Shown: in pieces, positions 1 through 8,154 of the stretch | Layout of the letters: every line of letters starts with the position of its first letter | Numbering within the stretch: the stretch's first letter is position 1 | Source of the DNA: a virus | Taxonomy: Duplodnaviria > Caudoviricetes | Virus record (IMG/VR): IMGVR_UViG_3300043270_000039 | Location: 1-24,508 of that record | Direction: 5' to 3' (one strand) | Length of the DNA: 24,508 nucleotides | Position numbers and translations under genes: made by a program | The notes under the pieces: generated by a model | The model's database searches: none | What the model was told of the DNA's origin: nothing | Seen by the model: only the letters and a program-made list of their open reading frames with translations

Positions 1-144
1 GAGCCAGACGGGCTCGGCGGCGCCGGTGTGGTCGGTGGTGGCGTCCCACGGCTCGGCGGCGTTGTCGTCGAGGGTGACCAGGGGCACGCCGTCGTCGAGG
101 TCGGGGACGAGCTGGGCCGGGTCGAGGGACGGGTCGAGGGCCAT
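1..144 (-). CDS. Hypothetical phage protein, 5' part only (runs off the left edge)
   Basis: Read by hand: ATG at 144 preceded by GGGAG (150-154, - strand); open to base 1 (MALDPSLDPAQLVPDLDDGVPLVTLDDNAAEPWD...) with high GC at third codon positions. Not in the ORF track. Confidence 0.65.
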   Translation of the reverse strand, partial: MALDPSLDPAQLVPDLDDGVPLVTLDDNAAEPWDATTDHTGAAEPVWL

Positions 145-164
145 CGGGACTCCCGTCGTAAAAG

Positions 165-208
165 GTTGCTCGCGTTAACACTTTCCGCTAGTGTTGACGC
201 ATCGCAAC
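165..208 (+). promoter_or_regulatory. Putative housekeeping-sigma promoter with overlapping operator palindrome for the TA pair
   Basis: TTGCTC (166-171), 17 bp spacer, TAGTGT (189-194). Inverted repeat GCGTTAACACT-N7-AGTGTTGACGC (172-200, 1 mismatch), flanked by GTTGC (165-169) and GCAAC (204-208). Confidence 0.7.
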
Positions 209-220
209 GGAAAGGGGACA

Positions 221-445
221 GTGGTGGACGACGGCAAGCGGATCCGCAAGGCCCTGGAGGCCCAGGGCTGGCGCATCCGAGAGGGCAGGAAGCACCTCCT
301 GGCGTTCCCGCCCGACCCGGAACTGCCCGCGGTGACGCTGCCGTCCACGCCCAGCGACCACCGGGCGTGGAAGAACGCCATCGCCACGCTGCGGCGCAGC
401 GGCTTCCAATGGCCGCCGCCCGGGAAGGGGAAGCGACAGCCGTGA
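221..445 (+). CDS. hicA: HicA-like toxin (mRNA interferase family)
   Basis: 74-aa basic protein RKALEAQGWRIREGRKHLLAFPP...VTLPSTPSDHRAWKNAIATLRRSG, matching the HicA pattern (GW...GxxH, TPSD motif). GTG at 221 follows the RBS GGAAAGGGGA. Confidence 0.75.
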   Translation: MVDDGKRIRKALEAQGWRIREGRKHLLAFPPDPELPAVTLPSTPSDHRAWKNAIATLRRSGFQWPPPGKGKRQP

Positions 446-993
446 CGACCCTGCTGATCCCCCAGGTGCCCGAGCTGCGGGAGTGGCAGGTGCACGTCGA
501 CGTCCGCCTCGCCGAGGCGATCCCCGGCCCGGTGCAGGGCGTCGACGCCGCGGAGGCGTCCGAGGCCCTCGTCGACGCCCTCGCCGATCACCACGCCGCC
601 GGCGGGGCCGGCGGGGACCGGGCGGCGGTCACGCTCACCGTGACCGGTCCTGACGCCGTGACGGTCGCCGGTGCGGCCCGGGATCTCGTCGTCGACGCCC
701 TCGCCGGGATCGGGCTCGCGGTCGGCGACGTCCTGGCGGTCGAGGTCGTCGACGCCGACGTCGCCGACGAGCGCCTCGAGCGCCCCGACATCCCCGACCT
801 CGTGAGCGCCGTCGACGTCGCCGAGATGCTCGGGGTGTCCCGCCAGCGCGTCCACCGCCTCGCCGAGCGCCCCGACTTCCCCGACCCGCTGCTGCACCTC
901 GGCGGGCCGATCTGGGTCCGCGCCGGGGTGCAGGCGTGGGCCGAGACCTGGCCGCGGCGGTCCGGGCGCCCGCCGCGCCCGCACGTCGCCTGA
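442..993 (+). CDS. HicB-like antitoxin with C-terminal AlpA/excisionase-type HTH
   Basis: GTG at 442 overlaps the toxin stop (GTGA). Acidic N-terminal alpha/beta domain, then LVSAVDVAEMLGVSRQRVHRLAERPDFPDP...PIW, an AlpA-like winged HTH. Confidence 0.7.
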   Translation: MTTLLIPQVPELREWQVHVDVRLAEAIPGPVQGVDAAEASEALVDALADHHAAGGAGGDRAAVTLTVTGPDAVTVAGAARDLVVDALAGIGLAVGDVLAVEVVDADVADERLERPDIPDLVSAVDVAEMLGVSRQRVHRLAERPDFPDPLLHLGGPIWVRAGVQAWAETWPRRSGRPPRPHVA

Positions 994-996
994 GCG

Positions 997-1470
997 TCAC
1001 AGCAGGACGGCCCCGGCGACCATCTCGGCGTCGCTGTAGTTGACGTTGGAGGCGCCGGGGGTGATGTTCCCGGCCGCGGCCGACACGGTGCCCGTGCCGG
1101 ACCTGTTCACGAGGAGCACCTTGATCCGCAGCGTCTCGCCGGCGGCGATGGGCTGCTTGGCGTGCGTCATGAGCCCGACCTCGCCCCCGGTGGCGTCGAC
1201 CCGGGGGGACGTCTCGTTGCGGCGCAGGACCCCGCCCACGCTGTCCTCGATGACCAGGATGATCGCCGGGCGGGCGCCGGCGGCGGAGCCGCTCGCCACG
1301 CAGCTCGCGAGGACCCGCAGCAGACCGCCGCGGGTGAAGGGGCTGGTGACGGTCTGGTTGAGCAGCTCCACCGCGGTCGTGCCGACCCCGGACGCGGCGG
1401 CGTGGGCCCAGGACCCGTGCGCGGTGTTGAGGTCGGCCGCGGCCTGACGGTTCCCGGCGAGCCAGGTCAC
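997..1470 (-). CDS. Small minor tail protein (possible receptor-binding or spike subunit)
   Basis: Directly follows the tail-tip gene. N-terminus MTWLAGNRQAAADLN resembles the anchor motif of actinophage minor tail proteins, and the rest is beta-strand rich. Confidence 0.65.
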   Translation of the reverse strand: MTWLAGNRQAAADLNTAHGSWAHAAASGVGTTAVELLNQTVTSPFTRGGLLRVLASCVASGSAAGARPAIILVIEDSVGGVLRRNETSPRVDATGGEVGLMTHAKQPIAAGETLRIKVLLVNRSGTGTVSAAAGNITPGASNVNYSDAEMVAGAVLL

Positions 1471-1480
1471 AGCGCAGTCC

Positions 1481-4285
1481 TCACAGCACGGCCCTCCCGG
1501 GTCTCCAGAGCCGGACGTCGGCGCCGGCGGCGTGGGCGCGGGCGTAGCCGTCGACGCCCCGGGTGACGGTCATGGTCTGCGGGGAGGTGGACCCGGTGAC
1601 GGCGGTGACCCTGACCCGCTCGACGCCGCCGAGGACCAGGTCCATCGGCAGGTCCCCCGCGGCCTGGGTCCAGACCGGGCCGAGGCTCGTGGCCACCGAC
1701 AGCGACGTCGCGGTGTCGGTGACCGCGGAGGCGATGGTGGACCCGGCGGTGTCGGCGCGGGACCTCGCGCTGTTGTCGGCGGTGTCGTCGAGGGTCGAGG
1801 CCCGCCACAGGTCCGCCGGGCTCGTCGCGAAGGTGACCCGCCACTCGTAGGCGGACAGGGTCTCGGTCCAGCCCTCGACGACCTGCCGCAGCCCGCCGAG
1901 CGTGAGCCACGCCGGGGTGCCGGTGACGGTGAGGACGGACCCGACCTCGGTGGCGTCCACGGCGTCGATGCGCCCCGGGGACGCGGCGAGGTCGACGGAG
2001 ACCGCGGGGACCCGCAGCTCGTCCCACGTGCCCTCGTGGACCCGCCACGCCGCGTGCTGCTCCGCCTGCTCGTCCCGCAGCAGCGTCAGGTCGGCCGAGT
2101 CCCGGTACCGGCCGATCCCGGCCGGCGGCTTCGCGGTCGAGAACGCCCCGGTCGTGATCTCGACAGTGGCCTGCGCGCCCCCGCGGCGGGTCACGGTGAC
2201 GTCGTTGCGGACCCGCTGGTCGTCGTCGCTGGGCTCCAAGGGCGGGGCGACGTCGACGCCCCACGTCAGCGCCAGCGTCGGGGCTGCCTCGGCGGCGTAC
2301 AGGTCCTCCCGGCCCAGCCACCGCAGCCGCCCGGTCACCTGGTCCTCCACGACCGCCCCACCCACCTGGGCGGTGTCGTCGAGCAGGTCCAGCAGCTCCC
2401 CCCGCGGCTGCACGCCCATCCGCTGCGACGACCGGCGGGCGGTCACGACGACCGGGACGTCCTCCTCGGTGGCCAGGCGCACGAACCGGGCGTCGGCGGT
2501 CTCCCACCGCCCGCCGAGGGCGAAGCCGTTGAACTGCGCGGCCGCGTCGAAGATCGACCGGACGCGGTCGAACAGGGCGACGTGGACCACCGAGAGGTCG
2601 GGTGTCGACGCGGAGCCCTGGGTGACGGACCGGAACCGCCCGAACGTCCGGCCGGTCACGGTCTGATCGGCCAGGATGAACCCGACCGCCGCGCCCTCCT
2701 CGTACACGGCGGCGACGACGTCGATGTCGGCGCCGACCTGGCGCAGCTCGACGCCGATGAGCCACCGGCCGCGGTCCAGCTGGCCGGCGAAGCCGTAGGT
2801 CGGGTTGTGCAGGACGTTGCCGTCGCCGTCCTCGACCTGCACCCGCAGGGCCCCGGCGTTGTTGACCACGAGCCGCCACACCGGGGCGGTGCCCGTCATC
2901 GACCACCGGATGAGGGTGATCTCGCTGACGCCCCACCCCGAGTCAGGGATGTCGACGTGCGTCCACACCGTCGCCTCGCCCACCCCGGGCGGCGACAGCG
3001 GGACGCGGGCCTCGAGGGTGGCGGTGCCCATCACCGGGCCCGGCGCTGAGCCGGCCCACCCGTCGCGCCGGCCGCGGGTGGCCCCGGCGACGACCTCCAT
3101 CGGCGGGTACCCCAGCGGCGACCCGAACGTCGAGCCGACGCCCATGTTCTCCCCGCCGTCCTCCAGCGGCCAGTACCCGACGACGTCGAGCGCGGCCGCG
3201 GACTCCGGGGTGCCGAGCACCCGGCGCAGCGGGGACACCAGCGGGTCCTGGCCCTGCCCGAGGCGGCGCAGGACACCGGACGCCTCGGCGGGGACGTGCA
3301 GGTCGCGGACGGACACGTCGGTGCGGGGCGGCCAGGCGGTCACCTCGCCGACGAACCGCGGCGACTCGGGGTCGATCTCGACGTCGTCGAACTCGATCAC
3401 CGGGGTCGTGTTGGTGTTCCCGGCGGTCTTCACCGCGCGCAGGAGGAGCCGGCCGCGGCGGGGCTCGACCCGGTCGGGCAGGGTCACGACCAGCTGCCAC
3501 GTCGTGGGCTCGGCGCCTGTGGTGTCCCACACCCGGGCGTACACCCGCTCGCCCATGACCTTGGCCCGCAGCCGGAGGAGCTGGGCGGCGCCGGTGTGGG
3601 TGAGCCCGGCGACCGTGACCGCGGTCTCGGTCGCCGGTGAGGACGGGTCGTCGTACGCGACGCGCAGGCCGACCGCCCCGCCGGGCCGGAGCTCGGCCCG
3701 CGCCTGCACCTGCGACGAGCCTCCTCCGGGAGGCACGGGGAACGCCCCCAGCTCGCAGCCGATTTCGAGCTGGTCCCCGGTGGCCAGGGGGGCGGCGAAG
3801 CTGAAGGCCACCTCGGCGTCCGCGCACTGCGACCCGCTCGGGTTGCACAGGCGGACCTGCGCCCCGGCCCCGGTGATGGTGATCCGCCCGCGACCGCCCG
3901 ACACGCTGAAGTCGGAGGACGGGGAGAACACCACCCAGGCCGGGCCGTCCTCGCTCGGCGTGCCCCACCCGCCGGATACCGTGCGGGTGAAGCTGTCTCG
4001 GACCCGGGACAGGGCCGGGGAGTCCGGGCGGGTCGCGACCCGGATCGGGGTGTTCCGCTTGAGCAGCCCGTAGAGGTCGCTGGCGGGGTTGCGGGGGGAG
4101 TACCGGCCGGTGCGGTTGTTGAGGGTGAGCTGGCACTCGGTGGGGTCGGCCTGGGTGGCCTCGGCGGAGCGGCCCCGGGTGATCTGGATGCCGTCGCGGA
4201 CGTAGACGTCGGAGGTGATGTCGACCGGCGCGGTGGCCAGCAGGAGGTCGACCCGCACGGCCAGGGGGTCCTGGGGGAACGGCAC
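1481..4285 (-). CDS. Large multidomain minor tail (tail-tip/hub) protein with lectin/LamG-like domains
   Basis: 934 aa, immediately downstream of the tape measure gene. Motifs ITRGRS...TLNNRTGRYSPRNP, DSFTRTVSGGWG, YWPLED (LamG-like), DDQRVRNDVTVTR and a C-terminal TVTRGVDG...AHAAGA. Confidence 0.85.
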   Translation of the reverse strand: MPFPQDPLAVRVDLLLATAPVDITSDVYVRDGIQITRGRSAEATQADPTECQLTLNNRTGRYSPRNPASDLYGLLKRNTPIRVATRPDSPALSRVRDSFTRTVSGGWGTPSEDGPAWVVFSPSSDFSVSGGRGRITITGAGAQVRLCNPSGSQCADAEVAFSFAAPLATGDQLEIGCELGAFPVPPGGGSSQVQARAELRPGGAVGLRVAYDDPSSPATETAVTVAGLTHTGAAQLLRLRAKVMGERVYARVWDTTGAEPTTWQLVVTLPDRVEPRRGRLLLRAVKTAGNTNTTPVIEFDDVEIDPESPRFVGEVTAWPPRTDVSVRDLHVPAEASGVLRRLGQGQDPLVSPLRRVLGTPESAAALDVVGYWPLEDGGENMGVGSTFGSPLGYPPMEVVAGATRGRRDGWAGSAPGPVMGTATLEARVPLSPPGVGEATVWTHVDIPDSGWGVSEITLIRWSMTGTAPVWRLVVNNAGALRVQVEDGDGNVLHNPTYGFAGQLDRGRWLIGVELRQVGADIDVVAAVYEEGAAVGFILADQTVTGRTFGRFRSVTQGSASTPDLSVVHVALFDRVRSIFDAAAQFNGFALGGRWETADARFVRLATEEDVPVVVTARRSSQRMGVQPRGELLDLLDDTAQVGGAVVEDQVTGRLRWLGREDLYAAEAAPTLALTWGVDVAPPLEPSDDDQRVRNDVTVTRRGGAQATVEITTGAFSTAKPPAGIGRYRDSADLTLLRDEQAEQHAAWRVHEGTWDELRVPAVSVDLAASPGRIDAVDATEVGSVLTVTGTPAWLTLGGLRQVVEGWTETLSAYEWRVTFATSPADLWRASTLDDTADNSARSRADTAGSTIASAVTDTATSLSVATSLGPVWTQAAGDLPMDLVLGGVERVRVTAVTGSTSPQTMTVTRGVDGYARAHAAGADVRLWRPGRAVL

Positions 4286-4333
4286 GGGTCGACCCCCTCC
4301 TGGTGCTCCGTCGGCGGGTGATCCGGCGGGTGG

Positions 4334-6346
4334 TCAGGCGCGGGCGCCGAGGACGATCTCGACGCGCCCGCCCCGGGTGCGCACCGACCGGCGCAGCACG
4401 GCGAGCAGGAGCCGGCCGACCTCGGAGTCCGACACCTCCAGGCGCACCGTCGGCGTCCCACCACCGGCAGCGGCGTCGGCGCGGCGGTTACCGCGGGGCA
4501 GGGGGACGACGGCCTCGTCCTGCCCGCCCTCCCCGAGGATCGCGAGCACCCCGCCAGGGGTGGCCTGGACGATGCCGCCCTCGGCGAGGGTGGGGATGTT
4601 CGGGACGTTGAAGCCGCGCCCGCCGACGCCGGGCACCCAGGACGGGACGGTGAAGCTGATCGCCCCGGGGCCCCGGTTCCACCACCGGGCGATCGAGTTG
4701 AAGGCGTCCCGGAAGGGGGAGGAGATGCGGTCGGCGATGCCGGCGAGGGCGGAGCCGATCCGCCCGGGCATCCCCCGGAACCAGTCGACGACGGCCGCGG
4801 CCCCCGACTTGATCTTGTCCCAGTTGCGGGTGATCGCGAGGACGGCCAGTCCGATCGGCCCGGTGATGATGGCGAGCAGCAGGGGCCAGTTCGTCTTGAC
4901 CCACTGCCAGACCGTGTTCGCCCCGGACTTGATCTTGTCCCAGTGGCGGACGATCGCGGACACCGCGAGCCCGATCGGCCCGGTGAGGATGGTGAGGAGC
5001 AGCGGCCAGTTGCCCTTGATCCAGTCCCAGACGGCGACGGCGGCGGCCTTGATGCCGCCCCACGCCCACGACCAGAGCTGCTGGAACCACGTCGTCTTCG
5101 TCGCGATCAGCACGATGATCGCGACGAGGGCGACGATCCCGAGGACGATCCACGTGATCGGGGAGGCGAAGAACGCCGTGTTGAGCAGCCACTGCACCGC
5201 CGTCCACGTCGCCGTGGCGCCACGGACCACGGCCATGGTCGCGGCGTAGGCGACCATGCCGACCTTGACGGCCAGGACGGCGCCGGCGAGGACCCCCAGG
5301 GTGATCGCGAGAGCCTGGACCGTGCCCTGGTTGCGCTGGGCCCAGTCGGCGGCCCTCCCCAGGGCGTCGGCGGTAGCCGTCAGGTACTCCACGGCCTTGA
5401 GCGCGTAGGGCTCGAGGGCGACGTACCCGCGGTTCTTGAGCATCTGCAGCTTCTCGGAGAAGTCCGCGGTGTCGCTGGACGCCGCGGCGATCGTCTCGCT
5501 GCCCCCGGACACGGTGGCGACCAGCTCGTCGACCTCGAAGCGGCCCTCCCGGATCGCCGCCGCCATGTCGGGGCCGGCGCGGGCCCCGAACAGCTCCAGG
5601 GCCAGGGCGTTGGCCGTGCCGGTGTCCCCGGCGGCCTTGATGGCCTCGACCTGCTCCCGGAACGCCGCGACGGGCTCCTTGCCGTCCTTGGCCAGGCGGC
5701 CGAGCGCGACCCGCATCGAGCCCATGACGAGCTCGGAGTTGACGCCCTGCTGCTCGAACTGCCCGAGCAGGGCGATCGACTCGTCGAACCCGAAGCCCAT
5801 CTGCCGCAGCGGGGCGCCGAACTGCACGACCTTGTCCGCGAGGGCGTCGACGCCGATGCCGGTGGACTGCGAGGTCCGCCACAGCTTGTCCAGGGTCGCG
5901 GCCTGGTCCCCGGTGGCGATGCCCCAGTCCCCGAACACCCGGGTCGTCGACTCGATGAGCGCGCTGGTGTCCTCCCCGGAGACCTGCCCGAGGCGGACCA
6001 TCGTCTCGGTGAGGGACTCCAGGTCCTTGCCGGTGGCCCCGGTGCGGGTGTTGAGGTCGGCCAGCGCCTGGGACACGGTGGCGGTGTCGGCGGGGACGTC
6101 GACGAGGGCGTTCTTGAAGTCCTGCTGCAGGCCGGCGAGGGCGTCGCCGGTGGCCCCGGTGCCGGTGCGGATCGTGTCGTAGGCGGCGTCGAGGTCCTGG
6201 CCGACCTTGACCAGGCCGGCGCCAGCGGCGACGACCCCGGCGGCGATCCCCGTCGCCATGGCGTCGAAGGCGCCGCGCACCTTGCCTGCGGTCGCCGACG
6301 CCTTGTCCTTGCCGAGGATCGTGAAGATCAGGGAGGTGTCGGTCAC
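4334..6346 (-). CDS. Tape measure protein
   Basis: 670 aa, Ala/Gly-rich and helical, with hydrophobic segments, Trp-periodic repeats and a C-terminal LAEGGIV...GEGGQDEAVVPL motif. Follows the chaperone genes. Confidence 0.93.
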   Translation of the reverse strand: MTDTSLIFTILGKDKASATAGKVRGAFDAMATGIAAGVVAAGAGLVKVGQDLDAAYDTIRTGTGATGDALAGLQQDFKNALVDVPADTATVSQALADLNTRTGATGKDLESLTETMVRLGQVSGEDTSALIESTTRVFGDWGIATGDQAATLDKLWRTSQSTGIGVDALADKVVQFGAPLRQMGFGFDESIALLGQFEQQGVNSELVMGSMRVALGRLAKDGKEPVAAFREQVEAIKAAGDTGTANALALELFGARAGPDMAAAIREGRFEVDELVATVSGGSETIAAASSDTADFSEKLQMLKNRGYVALEPYALKAVEYLTATADALGRAADWAQRNQGTVQALAITLGVLAGAVLAVKVGMVAYAATMAVVRGATATWTAVQWLLNTAFFASPITWIVLGIVALVAIIVLIATKTTWFQQLWSWAWGGIKAAAVAVWDWIKGNWPLLLTILTGPIGLAVSAIVRHWDKIKSGANTVWQWVKTNWPLLLAIITGPIGLAVLAITRNWDKIKSGAAAVVDWFRGMPGRIGSALAGIADRISSPFRDAFNSIARWWNRGPGAISFTVPSWVPGVGGRGFNVPNIPTLAEGGIVQATPGGVLAILGEGGQDEAVVPLPRGNRRADAAAGGGTPTVRLEVSDSEVGRLLLAVLRRSVRTRGGRVEIVLGARA
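4800..5039. repeat. Two imperfect 120-bp (40-aa) tandem repeats in the tape measure gene
   Basis: GACTTGATCTTGTCCCAGT and CCGATCGGCCCGGTGA recur exactly 120 bp apart; the protein repeats NWPLLL.I.TGPIGLAV.AI.R.WDKIKSGA twice. Confidence 0.9.
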
Positions 6347-6399
6347 CGGGGCCGACCTCCTCGCCGTGCCGGGTCGTCAGCAGGTCGTCAGCAGGGTCG

Positions 6400-6628
6400 T
6401 CAGCGGCGGCGGCCGCGGGAGCGGGCCCTGTCGGCGCGGTCCTTGGCCTCCCGGGACTCCCGGTTCACCTGGTCGATGTGCGCGCACGCCTGCTGGAGCT
6501 GGGCGACGGTGAGCCGGCCGAGGTCCCACGGGGGGATGTGCAGCTCGATCGCCAGCGCGAGCCAGTACCGGTCGAGGCGCTGGGCGACGGTCAGGTCGCC
6601 TCCGTTGCCTTGGTCGCCGCTTTTCCCC
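6400..6628 (-). CDS. Tail assembly chaperone frameshift extension (T part of the GT product)
   Basis: The -1 frame after the slippery site reads GKSGDQGNGGDLTVAQRLDRYWLALAIELHIPPWDLGRLT..., typical of the T segment, and ends just before the tape measure RBS. Confidence 0.8.
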
Positions 6629-7118
6629 GCCGACCGCCGGCCGCCGGGGCCGCGTCCGGGTCGCCGCCCTCGACGGGCTCGTCGGTGGGCTCGTCGGTGG
6701 CGACGACCTCGCCGGGCACGGTCCGCCCGTCGCGTTCGGCCTCGCGGGCCAGGGCGGTGGCCAGCTCCCCGCGCATGCCGGCGATGACCGCGTCCTTGGT
6801 CTCGGTGTCGGCCATCGGGGACTTCTCGGCCTGGGTGATCAGCTCCTGCAGTTCGACCGAGGAGTAGGTGATCTCCAGCTCCCCGAAGAGGTAGTCGGGG
6901 GTGTCCTCCCACCGCAGGGTCGGGTGATCCCGGCACAGCAGGTGCCACAGCAGCAGCCGCCGGGCCCGGGCGGAGCCCTGCTGGACCTCCGCGGACCACT
7001 TCGCGAAGGACCCGCCGTAGCGACGCTCGACCCGCTCGGCCTGCGAGGCGGGGACCCGGCGGGCGTCGAACTCCCACTCCCGGGCCTCACCGTCGGCGGG
7101 GGTGTAGGTCACGATCAC
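6591..7118 (-). CDS. Tail assembly chaperone (G)
   Basis: 175-aa acidic protein located upstream of the tape measure gene, ending ...RRGKAATKATEAT with a slippery site in the G-K codons. Confidence 0.85.
   Translation of the reverse strand: MIVTYTPADGEAREWEFDARRVPASQAERVERRYGGSFAKWSAEVQQGSARARRLLLWHLLCRDHPTLRWEDTPDYLFGELEITYSSVELQELITQAEKSPMADTETKDAVIAGMRGELATALAREAERDGRTVPGEVVATDEPTDEPVEGGDPDAAPAAGGRRGKAATKATEAT
6621..6628 (-). other. Programmed -1 ribosomal frameshift site GGGGAAAA
   Basis: + strand TTTTCCCC at 6621-6628; G GGA AAA in the G frame slips to GGG AAA in the T frame. Confidence 0.85.
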
Positions 7119-7170
7119 GGGCGGGGGCCTCCTCGGCTCGACGGGCGATCAGCGAGTGGTCGGCGGGTGG

Positions 7171-7662
7171 TCAGCGGGAGCGGTCGGCGATGCGCTGGGC
7201 CATGGCCTCGACGGCGGCCTTGACGGCCGCCCGGTACTCCCCGGCGCGGCGGCGGACCGTGTCGTCGAACCACCGGGGCTTGCCGACCTGGGTGACGAAG
7301 GACCCCTCCCGGCCGAACACCATCCGCCGCCAGCCCTTGCGGGACTGGGTGCGCTTCGGGGCGTGGGTGAACCCACGCAGGTTCGGGGTGCGCCGGGCCC
7401 GCACCCGGGCGCCGGTCGCCCGGCCGGACAGCCGGGCCTCGGCGCGGATCCGCTGGGCGATGCCGGCGCGCAGGGGTGGGGCCCCCGACCGGGCCGAGGC
7501 GATGGTCATGACGGCGTTGCGGGCGTCGGTGACCGCGGGCTCCAGGGCGCCCCGCATGTTCTTCGCGAGATCGCGGCGCAGCGCCTTGCCGTCCTCCTCG
7601 GCGCGCAGGGCCTTGGCGACCTCCTGGACGCGTTCCTGCTGGACGGTGAGCTGGACCGGCAC
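7171..7662 (-). CDS. Putative HK97 gp10-like neck/tail completion protein
   Basis: 163 aa, very basic (LRRDLAKNMR...LRAGIAQRI...KPRWFDDTV), located in the tail module. Confidence 0.6.
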   Translation of the reverse strand: MPVQLTVQQERVQEVAKALRAEEDGKALRRDLAKNMRGALEPAVTDARNAVMTIASARSGAPPLRAGIAQRIRAEARLSGRATGARVRARRTPNLRGFTHAPKRTQSRKGWRRMVFGREGSFVTQVGKPRWFDDTVRRRAGEYRAAVKAAVEAMAQRIADRSR

Positions 7663-7680
7663 GACTCGTCCTCGTCTCGC

Positions 7681-8091
7681 TCAGGCGACGAGCCGCTGGA
7701 CCTGCCCGGACGTCGGGAAGGCCACCGACGCGGTCGCGGCGTCACCGACGGAGCCCTGCAGCGGCGTCCACGTCCGGACCAGCGCCGAGCCGGTGTAGGC
7801 GGGGTTGGACGCGGACCGGGCGGCCTGGGTGGCGCGGACCTCGAACGGCACGACGGTCCCGAGCAGCGGCCACATGATCGAGTCCAGGGCGCCGGCGTCG
7901 AAGTCGTTGAAGAACTCCAGGGACAGCTCGGCGTCCTTGAGCCCGCCGATCCGCTCCCGCCACCCAAGGCTGGTGAACACGGTGACGTCGACGTCGTCGA
8001 CCTCGGCCTCGACCTCGGCCTGGGAGCAGAACGCGGCGAGGTTGTTGGCGTTGATCGTGATGAACTGGGCGGTGAGGACCATCTTGGCCAT
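7681..8091 (-). CDS. Major tail tube protein (short paralog)
   Basis: 136 aa with EVDDVDVTVFTSLGWRERIGGLKDAELSLEF...YTGSALV...GSVGDAATASVAFPTSG, a siphoviral tube-protein pattern; RBS GGAG upstream. Confidence 0.85.
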   Translation of the reverse strand: MAKMVLTAQFITINANNLAAFCSQAEVEAEVDDVDVTVFTSLGWRERIGGLKDAELSLEFFNDFDAGALDSIMWPLLGTVVPFEVRATQAARSASNPAYTGSALVRTWTPLQGSVGDAATASVAFPTSGQVQRLVA

Positions 8092-8154
8092 GCGTGCTCC
8101 CCGGGGCTCTGCTGCGTGTCGGTGGTCTCGTCGTCGAGGTGGTCGTCGAGCTGG

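Noticed and set aside
28-441. N-terminal extension of the 321-aa ORF 28..993
   Set aside because: It overlaps the divergent gene, the promoter and the toxin in another frame; the coupled GTG at 442 is the more credible start.
442-993. Excisionase or att-site call from the AlpA-like HTH
   Set aside because: No integrase, tRNA or att-like repeat nearby; coupling to a HicA-like gene fits an antitoxin better.
4800-5039. 120-bp repeat pair as a DGR template/variable repeat
   Set aside because: Adjacent in-frame repeats typical of tape measure proteins; differences are not adenine-specific and no reverse transcriptase is present.
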